A stretch of DNA of 63,840 bases, filler included, from a bacterium (GTDB lineage Bacteria > JALSQH01), in assembly GCA_026985515.1 (NCBI GenBank). It is 7 parts of 7 records of this genome, joined end to end, with 100 filler letters (N's around TTAATTAATTAA, not from the genome) between each part and the next. Parts side by side here need not be neighbours in the genome. Positions count along the whole stretch, not along the records: positions 1 to 21,685 come from JALSQH010000001.1; 6 more parts are not named here. One strand, written 5' to 3'. Below the pieces are notes generated by a model, which saw only the letters and a program-made list of their open reading frames with translations, had not been told where the DNA came from and did not search any database. The position numbers and the translations under genes are program-made. Position 1 is the first letter of the stretch, and each line of letters begins with the position of its first letter. Below, piece after piece: positions 10,659 through 20,091 of this stretch.

Positions 10659-13600
10659 ACAGGAAAAGCGTGCTGACATATCTGTCGTTGAAATATTCCA
10701 CCACAACATGGGTGACTCTCATTTTTGTGGCAATTTTTGGTTATATTGCCTATGTGACAATCCCCAGAGAGCTTGCACCAGACATGACAATACCGTATAT
10801 AATTGTCACTGTCCCGTACATGGGTGCTCCCCCTGAAGATATTGAAAATTTGATTACGCGGCCACTTGAGAGAAAGCTATCAGAAATAAAGGAAATTGAC
10901 GAGATGAAATCCACTTCCGCTGAAGGTGCATCAATGATAATGTTAAAGTTCAAGGCGGGAATAAATATTGACGATGCACTCCGTAAGGTAAAGGAAAAGG
11001 TGGATCTGGCGAGAGGAGATCTTCCGGAGGGAATTGAAGAGCCTTCAATAAGTGAGATAAGTTTTTCAGAGTTTCCGGTTCTCTATATAAACCTGGTGGG
11101 GAATTACAGTGAGACCATATTGAGGGGATTTGGTGAGGATCTGAAGGAGGAGATTGAGGATATACCGGGGGTTCTGAATGTGGATATCTCCGGCGGAAGG
11201 GAGAGAGAGATCCAGATTTTTCCACGGGTGGAGGATCTTATCAGGTATAGAGTTGCTCTCACAGATATAATAAGGGCGATTAAGGCTAACAACATAAATA
11301 TTCCAGGCGGAAGAACAAAGGGCAGGAAGATAAGATTTCTTGTCAGATTGAATTCTCAATACAGATCAATAGATGAGATAAAGAATACCCCGGTTAAGGT
11401 GACCCGAAGGGGAATGGTGTATCTCAGAGATGTTGCAGATGTGGTGGATGCCCCTGCCGAGAGGACAAGTATTGCGAGAATTGATGGAAAACCCGCAGTG
11501 ACCCTTACAGTTCAGAAAAAGGCAGGAGCAAACATACTTGAAGTTGTTGCCAGAATAAAAGAAAAAGTCAGAGAATTCTCAAAGACACTCCCTCCCGATG
11601 TTAAGATCATTTACTCTTCAGATGCTTCAAAGCATATAAAAAGAATGCTCTCCACACTTCAGAATAATCTGCTTACAGGTCTTCTTCTTGTACTTATTGT
11701 TCTTTTCCTCTTCATGGGATGGAGGAGTGCAGTTCTTGTTGCCCTTGCAATCCCTCTCTCCCTTCTCTTCACCTTTCTGGTTATAGATCTGATGGGAATA
11801 ACCCTCAATATGGTGGTTCTCTTTTCTCTTATTATTGCCCTTGGTATGCTTGTTGATAATGCCATCGTTGTAATAGAGAACATATACAGGCACTATCACA
11901 CCAGGAATATTACTCTTTTGAAAGCAGCATATGATGGTGCATCTGAGGTGGCAATGCCTGTTCTTTCCTCCACTCTCACAACCATTTCCGCATTTTTCCC
12001 CCTTCTTTTCTGGCCCGGTGTTACGGGTAATTTCATGAGCTTCCTGCCAAAAACGGTTATAGTTGCCCTCACTGCCTCATATCTTGTGGCAATGCTTTTT
12101 GATCCTCTTCTTGCAGCCACATTTTTAAGAAAGGAGGAAAAAGAAGAGAAAATTCTCAGAGAGGGTTCAAAGCTATATAACAACTTTGAAAAACTTGTGA
12201 GATGGGCGTTGAATCACAGGTGGCTAACTATTTCCATTGCTGTGGCATTTGTTCTCGTAAACTTAATTCTCTTTCCCATTCTGGGGAAAGGGGTAAATTT
12301 TTTCCCTGAAACTGATCCTGACAGAGCATTTATTTCAATAGAGGCACCCGATGGAACCACTCTTGAAGAGACAGATAAAATCGCAAGGGAAGTTGAGAAT
12401 AGACTTAAGAATATCCCGGATATTAAGCATATTGCAACGAGAGTGGGAGTAAGTCAGGGTGCCGTTAAATGGCAGTCAAAAGCATCTGCTGCCAATTCGA
12501 ATAAGGCGAGAATATCCATTGAATTTGTGGACAGGCACGAGAGGCATCAGCATACCTTGAAAACCATTCTTGATATAAGAAAAGCTATTGCTGGAATTCC
12601 CTGTGCAGAGTTTCTGGTCCAGAGAGAGAAGATGGGACCTCCGAGGAAGATGCCCATTCAGGTGAGGGTAACAGGTGATGATATAAACAGGTTGCTGGCA
12701 ATAGGCGAGGAAATAAAGGAGAAGATAAGGGATATTCCCGGTCTGTATGATTTGAAAATAGATCTGAAGAAGGCCAAGCCAGAGATCAACTTCAGAATAG
12801 ACAGGACGAAGCTTTCACAGATGGGTTTTAATCCCATGATGGTTGCATCAACCCTCAGAACCATCTACAGTGGGACAAAGGTTGCGAAGTACTATGAAGG
12901 AGAGAATGAGTTTGACATTACACTGAAATTTCCAGAAAAGTACAGGACTCTTTCCTATCTGGATTCACTCATTATACCCGATATGAGGGGTGTCTATCAT
13001 CCAGTAACAGAAATTGGAACATGGAAAATAGAGAATGGTTTTGGAACAATCAGAAGGATTAACAGAAAAAGAGAAGTTACCGTTATGGGAAACAATGAGG
13101 GAAGGCTTGCTTCAGAGATTCTGAAGGATATAAAGAAGCGGTTGAAGAATATATCTCTTCCGCCCGGGTACACAATTTCCTTTCAGGGTGAGCGAAAAAA
13201 GGAGGCTGAAGCGAAGAGATTTCTGGGAAAGGCTTTCCTCTACGCACTTGCCCTCATATTTCTCATCCTGATAACTCAGTTTAACTCCATTGTACTGCCC
13301 TTCATCATAATGGTTTCAGTGGTCCTCTCTCTTGGTGGTGTTTTCTTTGGTTTGATTGTTTCCCTGACTCCCTTCAGTGTCATTATGACCGGTCTGGGTA
13401 TCATCAGTCTGGCAGGAGTTGTTGTTAACAATGCCATTGTGCTTATTGACTTCATTCAGGAATTGAGGGAACAGGGTTACGACAAATTTACAGCTGCCAT
13501 TGAAGCTTCCAAGATAAGATTGAGACCGGTTCTTTTAACTGCTCTGACCACCGTGATCGCTCTTCTCCCAACGGTCTTCAGGGTGAATGTTGACTTTATA

Positions 13601-13768
13601 CATCTGAGGCTTGATGTTGGTGACCCGGGAGCACAGTGGTGGGGACCTATGGCAACTGCCATTGTGTTTGGTCTCACCTTTGCGACCCTTTTAACACTTG
13701 TGGTGGTACCAGTCCTCTACACTTTACTGACCCGTGATGAGTACAGAAAGAGGGAGGAAATCGGTTAA
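10655..13768 (+). CDS. RND efflux permease (AcrB/AcrD/AcrF family)
   Basis: 1037 aa. TM4 motif GMLVDNAIVVIENIYR and RLRPVLLTALTT. Confidence 0.95.
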   Translation: MNRKSVLTYLSLKYSTTTWVTLIFVAIFGYIAYVTIPRELAPDMTIPYIIVTVPYMGAPPEDIENLITRPLERKLSEIKEIDEMKSTSAEGASMIMLKFKAGINIDDALRKVKEKVDLARGDLPEGIEEPSISEISFSEFPVLYINLVGNYSETILRGFGEDLKEEIEDIPGVLNVDISGGREREIQIFPRVEDLIRYRVALTDIIRAIKANNINIPGGRTKGRKIRFLVRLNSQYRSIDEIKNTPVKVTRRGMVYLRDVADVVDAPAERTSIARIDGKPAVTLTVQKKAGANILEVVARIKEKVREFSKTLPPDVKIIYSSDASKHIKRMLSTLQNNLLTGLLLVLIVLFLFMGWRSAVLVALAIPLSLLFTFLVIDLMGITLNMVVLFSLIIALGMLVDNAIVVIENIYRHYHTRNITLLKAAYDGASEVAMPVLSSTLTTISAFFPLLFWPGVTGNFMSFLPKTVIVALTASYLVAMLFDPLLAATFLRKEEKEEKILREGSKLYNNFEKLVRWALNHRWLTISIAVAFVLVNLILFPILGKGVNFFPETDPDRAFISIEAPDGTTLEETDKIAREVENRLKNIPDIKHIATRVGVSQGAVKWQSKASAANSNKARISIEFVDRHERHQHTLKTILDIRKAIAGIPCAEFLVQREKMGPPRKMPIQVRVTGDDINRLLAIGEEIKEKIRDIPGLYDLKIDLKKAKPEINFRIDRTKLSQMGFNPMMVASTLRTIYSGTKVAKYYEGENEFDITLKFPEKYRTLSYLDSLIIPDMRGVYHPVTEIGTWKIENGFGTIRRINRKREVTVMGNNEGRLASEILKDIKKRLKNISLPPGYTISFQGERKKEAEAKRFLGKAFLYALALIFLILITQFNSIVLPFIIMVSVVLSLGGVFFGLIVSLTPFSVIMTGLGIISLAGVVVNNAIVLIDFIQELREQGYDKFTAAIEASKIRLRPVLLTALTTVIALLPTVFRVNVDFIHLRLDVGDPGAQWWGPMATAIVFGLTFATLLTLVVVPVLYTLLTRDEYRKREEIG

Positions 13769-15579
13769 AAACGGCAGTAGAGGTCAATTTCCCATTCCTT
13801 CAGCGGGGTTGGAAAACCCCTTATTGACCAGAAGGATGTTGAAAAGAGATTGTAACGGTAAAATCTGATGGAGAAGTTTGTGAAAAATCTGTAATAGATT
13901 TCTCCATCCATCCTCCACTGGTGATCGATATATTTTGTGTTGGAGAGATTAAGGAAAACCATCTTTTGAAAAAATAGTGAAAGTTTAAAGTATGGGTTTG
14001 TTCCCACTCTCACGGAACCGGTACTGTTAATCTCAGGTATGTAAGGTATATCGCCGCTCAGGTTACCCCTGTGGTACTCTGTTTTGTTTAGTGTGGCTGA
14101 AAGATCGAAAGCAAGAAAATCAATTTTCTTATTGATCATAATGGTCAGACCCTGCTGGGATGAGCTGGAGAGGGAAAGTGGTTTATATCTGAAGCCTGAA
14201 ATTAGAAAGTAATCAATCAGATTCTCATCCTGCCTCCGAAAGGTCATAAGGGTTGCATTGAGAAACCCACTGTATTTGAGAATAAAATCTGCATACCATC
14301 CTCTCCCCTCCTCAAGGTGCGGGTTGTTCTGTATCAGACCGTGTGAAAAATAGAGTTCATACATTGTGGGATAATTTGTATGGGTTGAGAAGTTGCCGGA
14401 AAAGTCAAAACTTCCTTCTTTTAGGCTGAAACCTGCAGAGGGATCAAATGTAAAGGAGTGTCCAACAGAGTTGAGTGCCGTCATGAAAAAGAGGGTGAGT
14501 TTATCACTGCTGAAAATGATTGCAGGATATTGAAAAAACTCTCCCCTTCGGTGCCCACCAGTGTACCTGTTTTTCAGGGTAACTTCCCTTGCCTTCATTC
14601 TGTATCTCCAGAAAATACCTCTGGTAATTTGTCCCGAATCTTTTAAACCTGCCTCTCTCTGATTGAAAAATGTTTCAATGTGTTCGGGGAATCCGCTGAA
14701 TTCACCAGAAGGATCAGAGTATTTTTCCCTGATTCTCCCTTCAGATGCGTAGAGGAGAAGGTTACCATTTTTCATACTCAGAGTAAAGATTTCTGAAAGA
14801 GAGTATGAATGAGTGTACTTTCCGGGAAAGGTTATCAATCCAGGTTCCCCCCTCAGGAGAGATGTGGTTCCGTAACGAAAGCTCAGGTTGCTGAAAGCAA
14901 GAAAAATATCGAAAAATTTTCTATTGAACTGATTGTTTTTTCTTCTGTCGGGGAAGTCGTCACGAGTATACAGAAATGTCCCCCTGTTGTTTATGAATGG
15001 GAAGTCGCCATCGCTGCTAAGTGCCCCGGTGGATAGATTTAGTTTTGCCTTTCCAGTTTTAAGGCAGAGATTTGCCTCTCCACCTGCAAGATTTTCACTT
15101 CCATAGGTGAGAAGGAACTTTTTCCTGCAACTCTTTTCCGTTTCCACTCTTATGAGAGCTCCCCCTTCCCCCATTCCCTGTGGGATCAGAGAGAGATGCG
15201 AAATTTTACCTGGAAGAGCGAATAGATCAATACTTCCGTCAGGAGTTTCCCAGCTCATGTCGTCAACTTCAATCTCCATATTTTTTCCCCGTACTCCCTC
15301 TATTGAGATTTCTGTCTGATCAGTTCGGCCTCCCATTCTTTTCACGGAAACAAAGGTTGAACTTTCTATTTTTTCTGTGAGTTCAGTTTCACTCTCTACG
15401 CTTTTTCTGATTGTGAATGATGTGGGTAATTCTGGCGGAACAGGTGCAGTAACTTCAATGGCAAGAATGGGTATTTCCTCACTCTGGAGGCACTTCATGC
15501 CCGGAGTGGATAATTGAAACAGCATCAAGATCAAAACCACACTTATCAGGTCCACATGGAAAGTGATTTCCCGCATCAT
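13765..15579 (-). CDS. TonB-dependent receptor, probable cobalamin receptor (BtuB-like)
   Basis: TonB-box-like IEVTA, plug-like segment (VKRMGG...ISIEG), barrel strands, PTMYELY/NPHLEE motif, C-terminal Phe. Last gene of a riboswitch-led operon. Alternative start ATG at 15498. Confidence 0.8.
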   Translation of the reverse strand: MMREITFHVDLISVVLILMLFQLSTPGMKCLQSEEIPILAIEVTAPVPPELPTSFTIRKSVESETELTEKIESSTFVSVKRMGGRTDQTEISIEGVRGKNMEIEVDDMSWETPDGSIDLFALPGKISHLSLIPQGMGEGGALIRVETEKSCRKKFLLTYGSENLAGGEANLCLKTGKAKLNLSTGALSSDGDFPFINNRGTFLYTRDDFPDRRKNNQFNRKFFDIFLAFSNLSFRYGTTSLLRGEPGLITFPGKYTHSYSLSEIFTLSMKNGNLLLYASEGRIREKYSDPSGEFSGFPEHIETFFNQREAGLKDSGQITRGIFWRYRMKAREVTLKNRYTGGHRRGEFFQYPAIIFSSDKLTLFFMTALNSVGHSFTFDPSAGFSLKEGSFDFSGNFSTHTNYPTMYELYFSHGLIQNNPHLEEGRGWYADFILKYSGFLNATLMTFRRQDENLIDYFLISGFRYKPLSLSSSSQQGLTIMINKKIDFLAFDLSATLNKTEYHRGNLSGDIPYIPEINSTGSVRVGTNPYFKLSLFFQKMVFLNLSNTKYIDHQWRMDGEIYYRFFTNFSIRFYRYNLFSTSFWSIRGFPTPLKEWEIDLYCRF

Positions 15580-16699
15580 CTATCACATCTCCATTGATAT
15601 CCTTTGATCCGTAACCAGTGTCAATAATTTTAACATATCTTATCCATTTTAAACCTGTTTCTTTAAGGTCAAACTGGTCTCCACCGGCATAACGCGGATC
15701 AGTTGCTGGGACGGTGGGAGGATTTGCATAAACGGGGTGAACTCCCGCAAGATTTGTGTAGTTTGCGGGATTTCCAACTCCTCCCTTTCCATCAGGATTG
15801 TAATCGGGGGGGAACCTGATAAATTTCTTCCCATCCTGACTCACTTCCACAAAGGCTGTTTCTGTAAAAACTGAATCTCCATACTCCATCGGATTTTCAA
15901 ATACAATAAAATCTGCTCCCGGTCCATCAGTGACGAAATTTGCAAATTCAATAGTGATCTCACCGCCATTTCCGAGAGAAAGCAGCTCTTCAGGGGAGGA
16001 TTGCGCAGGATCTCCACCCCTTGGTGGTCCAAGAACATTTCCCGGGAAATAATCCAGGCCGAAACCTCCGGAGACGCCAAGACTGTAGTCAATTACCTTA
16101 AAGCCATAGGGTTCCTTAGACGGCAGGTCCACCTTTATAATGCTATTTGCCAGATTGCCACAACAGTAGAATCTGAGAAGTGTTGTTCCATTTTCCGCAC
16201 CGATTTCCACTTCCCCTGAAGGTTTTGCAGTTGCAACCGCCGGGTTTTCGGAAGAGAAAGTTCCCACAAGCCCGTAGAAGATGTTTCCCTCATCATCAAT
16301 TCCTGATACAGAGATGGAATAATTCTTCCACTCAGTTATTTCCAGCTTCTCCGGCACAAGGAAGATTTTATCCAGTTTCAGATTCCTTTTAACCACAGCG
16401 TGAATAAATCCTGTGAATGAATCATGGGTAAGCTGAACAGTGGTGGTCCCCTCATTCACTGCAATCAGGAAATGTCCATCCACGCTTACAATATTGGGAT
16501 CACGGGATTTGAGTGTGAAGTCTCTTACCTGCTTTTCATCATGGAAAAGTTCCACTTTTACTCTGCTGCCGGGAGAAGGAAAGGTTACTCTGGAGGGAAT
16601 AATTTTATAGTTTTCCACTTTTGATCTTCTGGGTGTACAGGATAAAAGTAAAAGGAGAGTGAGTATAGAACTCACTCTCCGTAGTCGGCTTTCTTTCAT
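15479..16699 (-). CDS. Surface lipoprotein: two Ig-like (Big_2-type) domains plus C-terminal 'cell surface protein' domain (BtuH-like)
   Basis: Lipobox LLSC. Ig-like repeats (SRDPNIVSVD; SSENPAVATA). C-domain motifs SLGNGGEITIEF, DGPGADFIVFEN, GGDQFDL, GFDLDAV. Confidence 0.7.
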   Translation of the reverse strand: MKESRLRRVSSILTLLLLLSCTPRRSKVENYKIIPSRVTFPSPGSRVKVELFHDEKQVRDFTLKSRDPNIVSVDGHFLIAVNEGTTTVQLTHDSFTGFIHAVVKRNLKLDKIFLVPEKLEITEWKNYSISVSGIDDEGNIFYGLVGTFSSENPAVATAKPSGEVEIGAENGTTLLRFYCCGNLANSIIKVDLPSKEPYGFKVIDYSLGVSGGFGLDYFPGNVLGPPRGGDPAQSSPEELLSLGNGGEITIEFANFVTDGPGADFIVFENPMEYGDSVFTETAFVEVSQDGKKFIRFPPDYNPDGKGGVGNPANYTNLAGVHPVYANPPTVPATDPRYAGGDQFDLKETGLKWIRYVKIIDTGYGSKDINGDVIDDAGNHFPCGPDKCGFDLDAVSIIHSGHEVPPE

Positions 16700-18765
16700 C
16701 TTCCTAAATCCAATGTTGTTATCCAGCTTGATGCGCCTGCATTTCCTAAATCAAAAAGATGCTCCCATGGAGTATCAGGATTCTCGATGTCAGATTTCAG
16801 GAAAAGAGTTGAATTCATTCCCCATGAGGAAACGACTGCCCCTGCTTCACCTACCTTGTAATCTCCAATTACGGGTGTCACCATTGCCCATCCACCATAT
16901 CCGTAATCTGAGAATGAATACACCGCAACTGAATTCAACTGTTCATTATCAGCCCTTACAACGAAGAGTTTACCTGAGGAACTCCCTACAAGCAAAAATA
17001 TTCCCTCTTCTGTTTCAACTACTTCAATTCCACCGGGATGTGAACCCGTACCAAGAGAAATGCGAGTAACTTCCTGAGGATAACCATTATCAATGGAGAA
17101 AAGAATCAGATAACCTGTGTCAGTCGTGGGGGTTGAACTGTAATCACCCGTACATACCCCTGCAAGATAATGTCCATAATCATCTTCAAAAGCTTTAACA
17201 TCCTGCAGGTTGACACATCCTGTAACATGGAAGTTGTAGGTGGTGTAGAGCGTGTTTGTTGGATCAAGGGATGAAATGGTGACCATTGTAAGGTATGAGT
17301 CACCGAAAATTGACCTGTAATTCTGGTAGTCAAATCCCTGAAATCCACTTGCAGCAAGGAATAGAGTTAGACCGGAACTGGTCCATGCCTCAGTGATTCC
17401 TTCGTATGACATATCCTGATCGATTCCTGTTGTGTAAATCGGGTAGGAGTGGCATGTATCCTCCAGTGGGTAGTAAATGGAGAATCTCTCACCTGTCACT
17501 GGTTGATGAAATTTTTCGAAGTTTGTGAAAACTATGGCATCTTCTGAATTGTAATAGATCTCTTCTGACTCGTAGGGAGAGGATGCACAGAAGGAAATAT
17601 CTTCTTCATCAACTAACTGCAGGGAGAGGGGATTATACTTCAGAAGGTGGTAGGCACCCCATGTTGTGAAACCATAAATGTATGTGGTTTTCTCTCCATT
17701 CTGAAGAATTGAATCACCGGGGGCTATTGTTGAAATAACATATGGAGATTGTGAGCCTGGCACCGGTGAGAGTACATAGAATTGATTGTAACCCACGAGG
17801 GAAAGGGAGTACTGATATTCATTTTTGAAAATAAGATAGGAATCGTAAATTAGATAAAGGGTAGCGGAATTTTCCTTTTCACCATCTGAAACCTTAATCC
17901 TGATGCTTTCTGTGGGGTAGTGTACCCAGTTGATTCTCAGTGCCATGTATTTCCCATTCTGATAGGCTACAATTCCACTGTCTGATGTTTCAAAGGTAAT
18001 TTGAAGTGAGTAAAAATCGTTATCCTTATCCACAATGTATCTGGAAAGGTCTATAACTTCAGGAAAACTTTTTTTGAAAAACCTGAGGGATAGAATTAAT
18101 TTGTTGAAGGGAATGTTTATTTCTGGTGGAAAATCATAGTGTTCAACATTAATATGCCAGGTTACCGAAGCAGATTTGTTGCCACCAGAGACAGTCCCGG
18201 TGATTGTTATGGTTTGACCTTCCATTTCCCCCGTTGCCGTAAATGTAAGGGTGTTTGAGTATCCCGCCTCATTTCCATTTACATACCAGATGTATTTTAT
18301 TTCAGAGTCTGGATCCTTACCAGAAATGTAAAACTGAATGGTTTCCCCCTTTTTCAGGGTAATGGTGGTTGATTCTGGAGAGTACTGTGTTATTTCTGGG
18401 GGATCGTCCACCTCTTTTATTACCACCTGATAAGTGATTTCCTGTGTTTCGTATCCCTTCCCGGTGGCCACAAAAGTGAGGGGTATTGTTTTGCCTCCGT
18501 CTTCCTCATCAGGGGTTATTGTTACTGATGTACCATATCCAGCTATTTCATTCTTCCATATCCAGTAAGATTCAAGAGATGGAGAGGGATTCAGGATCTT
18601 TACCTTTACTGTAAAAGGCTTGTGTTCCTCTGCCTGAATTGTTCCTCCTTCAGGTGAAATTTTCTGAACCACAACAGCTGGAGCTTTAAAAACCACTTCC
18701 TTTTTACCCTGCTGACAACTTGCAACAATAAGCAATAGTGGGAGAAGAAGTAGCATCTTTTTCAT
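16696..18765 (-). CDS. Large surface lipoprotein: Ig/PKD-like stalk plus probable beta-propeller head
   Basis: Lipobox VASC. Repeated Ig-like units (YWIWKNEIAG / YIWYVNGNEAG; DDPPEI / DFPPEI). Beta-rich C-terminal half. Confidence 0.65.
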   Translation of the reverse strand: MKKMLLLLPLLLIVASCQQGKKEVVFKAPAVVVQKISPEGGTIQAEEHKPFTVKVKILNPSPSLESYWIWKNEIAGYGTSVTITPDEEDGGKTIPLTFVATGKGYETQEITYQVVIKEVDDPPEITQYSPESTTITLKKGETIQFYISGKDPDSEIKYIWYVNGNEAGYSNTLTFTATGEMEGQTITITGTVSGGNKSASVTWHINVEHYDFPPEINIPFNKLILSLRFFKKSFPEVIDLSRYIVDKDNDFYSLQITFETSDSGIVAYQNGKYMALRINWVHYPTESIRIKVSDGEKENSATLYLIYDSYLIFKNEYQYSLSLVGYNQFYVLSPVPGSQSPYVISTIAPGDSILQNGEKTTYIYGFTTWGAYHLLKYNPLSLQLVDEEDISFCASSPYESEEIYYNSEDAIVFTNFEKFHQPVTGERFSIYYPLEDTCHSYPIYTTGIDQDMSYEGITEAWTSSGLTLFLAASGFQGFDYQNYRSIFGDSYLTMVTISSLDPTNTLYTTYNFHVTGCVNLQDVKAFEDDYGHYLAGVCTGDYSSTPTTDTGYLILFSIDNGYPQEVTRISLGTGSHPGGIEVVETEEGIFLLVGSSSGKLFVVRADNEQLNSVAVYSFSDYGYGGWAMVTPVIGDYKVGEAGAVVSSWGMNSTLFLKSDIENPDTPWEHLFDLGNAGASSWITTLDLGR

Positions 18766-19817
18766 TCTACACCTCCTTTTACTTTTTGAAGATCGACTGG
18801 GCCTTCCCCTGTTTTGTATCTGCCGATTATTTTTAACTTAACTGGATCAATTACGAAAAGCTGAGATGTGTTGAATTCTGCCGCAAAGAGAAGATTTCCA
18901 AAGGATTCAAGATCACTTACCATGCTCAGGGAGTTGTTAGAAAGAATGATTTTATCCACTAATTTCCACTCAGAATCATACACAAGCACCTTACCCATTG
19001 ATGCATCAGAGACGAAGTAGCGAGAATTGATTGGTCCTGTGACGGTGTATGGAGCTCCCGGGACATCCACTTCGGTAATGAAAATTGACTTCTCAGGATG
19101 GTAGATCTCTATTTTTCCATTTCCCGCAAATCCCTCCCCATTCCTGTAATCACCGGCACTTATGACAGCTATTCTTCCACCGATATTCACCACATTTACT
19201 GTATCTCTTCCATTTACCTGTATCAGACTCCATTCATTCTCTTTACCCATGTAAATGCCGCCGGGCCCCCCTGCTGTGGAGCTGGAGTTCAGGTTAGCAA
19301 GAGCAACAAAAACCCTTCCACAGCATCTGCATACACCCATAGGAGAAAATCTCCTTTTCTCACCGGGTGTATCAGCGGGGAGTTCTCCAGTAATTTCCAC
19401 AGAATACTTGAATTTCCACGAATCCCCACTTCTTGAAAAAAGGGCTATCTGATCTTTAAGATAGAGGGAAACATAGAGGATTCCACCAAGTTCAGCTCCG
19501 CTGAAGGGATTTGTCCCTGACCCTGTTGAGGTTTCTGATAGGAGGTGAAGTTGAAAGTCGTATGTTGTCAGGGAGTTGGAGAGAGAGTTTATAACGGTTA
19601 TTCCTTTCTCATCAATTATGATTTTATTTGCACCCTGATCCGCAGGTGAAAGGTGATTTAAAATCCTGCCCCCACGGTAGAGGGATATATCTTCAGACAG
19701 CGTGTTCAAAATGAGGATGGAATTCCCTGCAGTGACAGTGAGATGCTCTGAATTTTCCTTTCCCTTACAGGATACAAGGAGTGTTAGAGCGAAAAGAGAA
19801 AGCAGAAATTTTCTCAC
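18762..19817 (-). CDS. YncE-type beta-propeller lipoprotein (BtuG-like)
   Basis: GTG start, lipobox LVSC. Propeller blade repeats (GSGTNPF, PGAPYTV, TGEGPVDL). First gene after the cobalamin riboswitch. Confidence 0.75.
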   Translation of the reverse strand: MRKFLLSLFALTLLVSCKGKENSEHLTVTAGNSILILNTLSEDISLYRGGRILNHLSPADQGANKIIIDEKGITVINSLSNSLTTYDFQLHLLSETSTGSGTNPFSGAELGGILYVSLYLKDQIALFSRSGDSWKFKYSVEITGELPADTPGEKRRFSPMGVCRCCGRVFVALANLNSSSTAGGPGGIYMGKENEWSLIQVNGRDTVNVVNIGGRIAVISAGDYRNGEGFAGNGKIEIYHPEKSIFITEVDVPGAPYTVTGPINSRYFVSDASMGKVLVYDSEWKLVDKIILSNNSLSMVSDLESFGNLLFAAEFNTSQLFVIDPVKLKIIGRYKTGEGPVDLQKVKGGVE

Positions 19818-19840
19818 TTCCCGACACCCCGCGGATTTTT

Positions 19841-20002
19841 CGTTGCAGGCCGGTCTCCTGGCTCCCGGATCATCCTACTCGGGCACCTTCCCGGACAGGC
19901 AACCCCTCCGGATCCACCTGTCCAGTGGCATTGCCCTTTCGTCCCCGGTTACAGTGGCGGGGGCCGCTCCGGATTCTCACCGGATTCCCGTCACCTGCAA
20001 CG
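19841..20002 (-). ncRNA. Cobalamin (B12) riboswitch
   Basis: Minus strand: P1 CGTTGCAGG...CCTGCAACG; GGGAATCCGGTGAGAATCCGGAGCGGCCCCCGCCACTGTAA; GCCACTG; GGGAAGG; B12-box AGCCAGGAGACCGGCC. Confidence 0.95.
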
Positions 20003-20008
20003 GAAATA

Positions 20009-20036
20009 ATTTTACAGGGATAGGGAGTAATGTCAA
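20009..20036 (-). promoter_or_regulatory. sigma70 promoter of B12 operon
   Basis: Minus strand TTGACA(20036-20031)-16bp-TAAAAT(20014-20009), ending 6 nt before riboswitch P1. Confidence 0.75.
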
Positions 20037-20091
20037 GGCTTCAAATAGGGAATTTGTGCCCTGCTGTAAAGAAATTTTACAATTTAAAACT

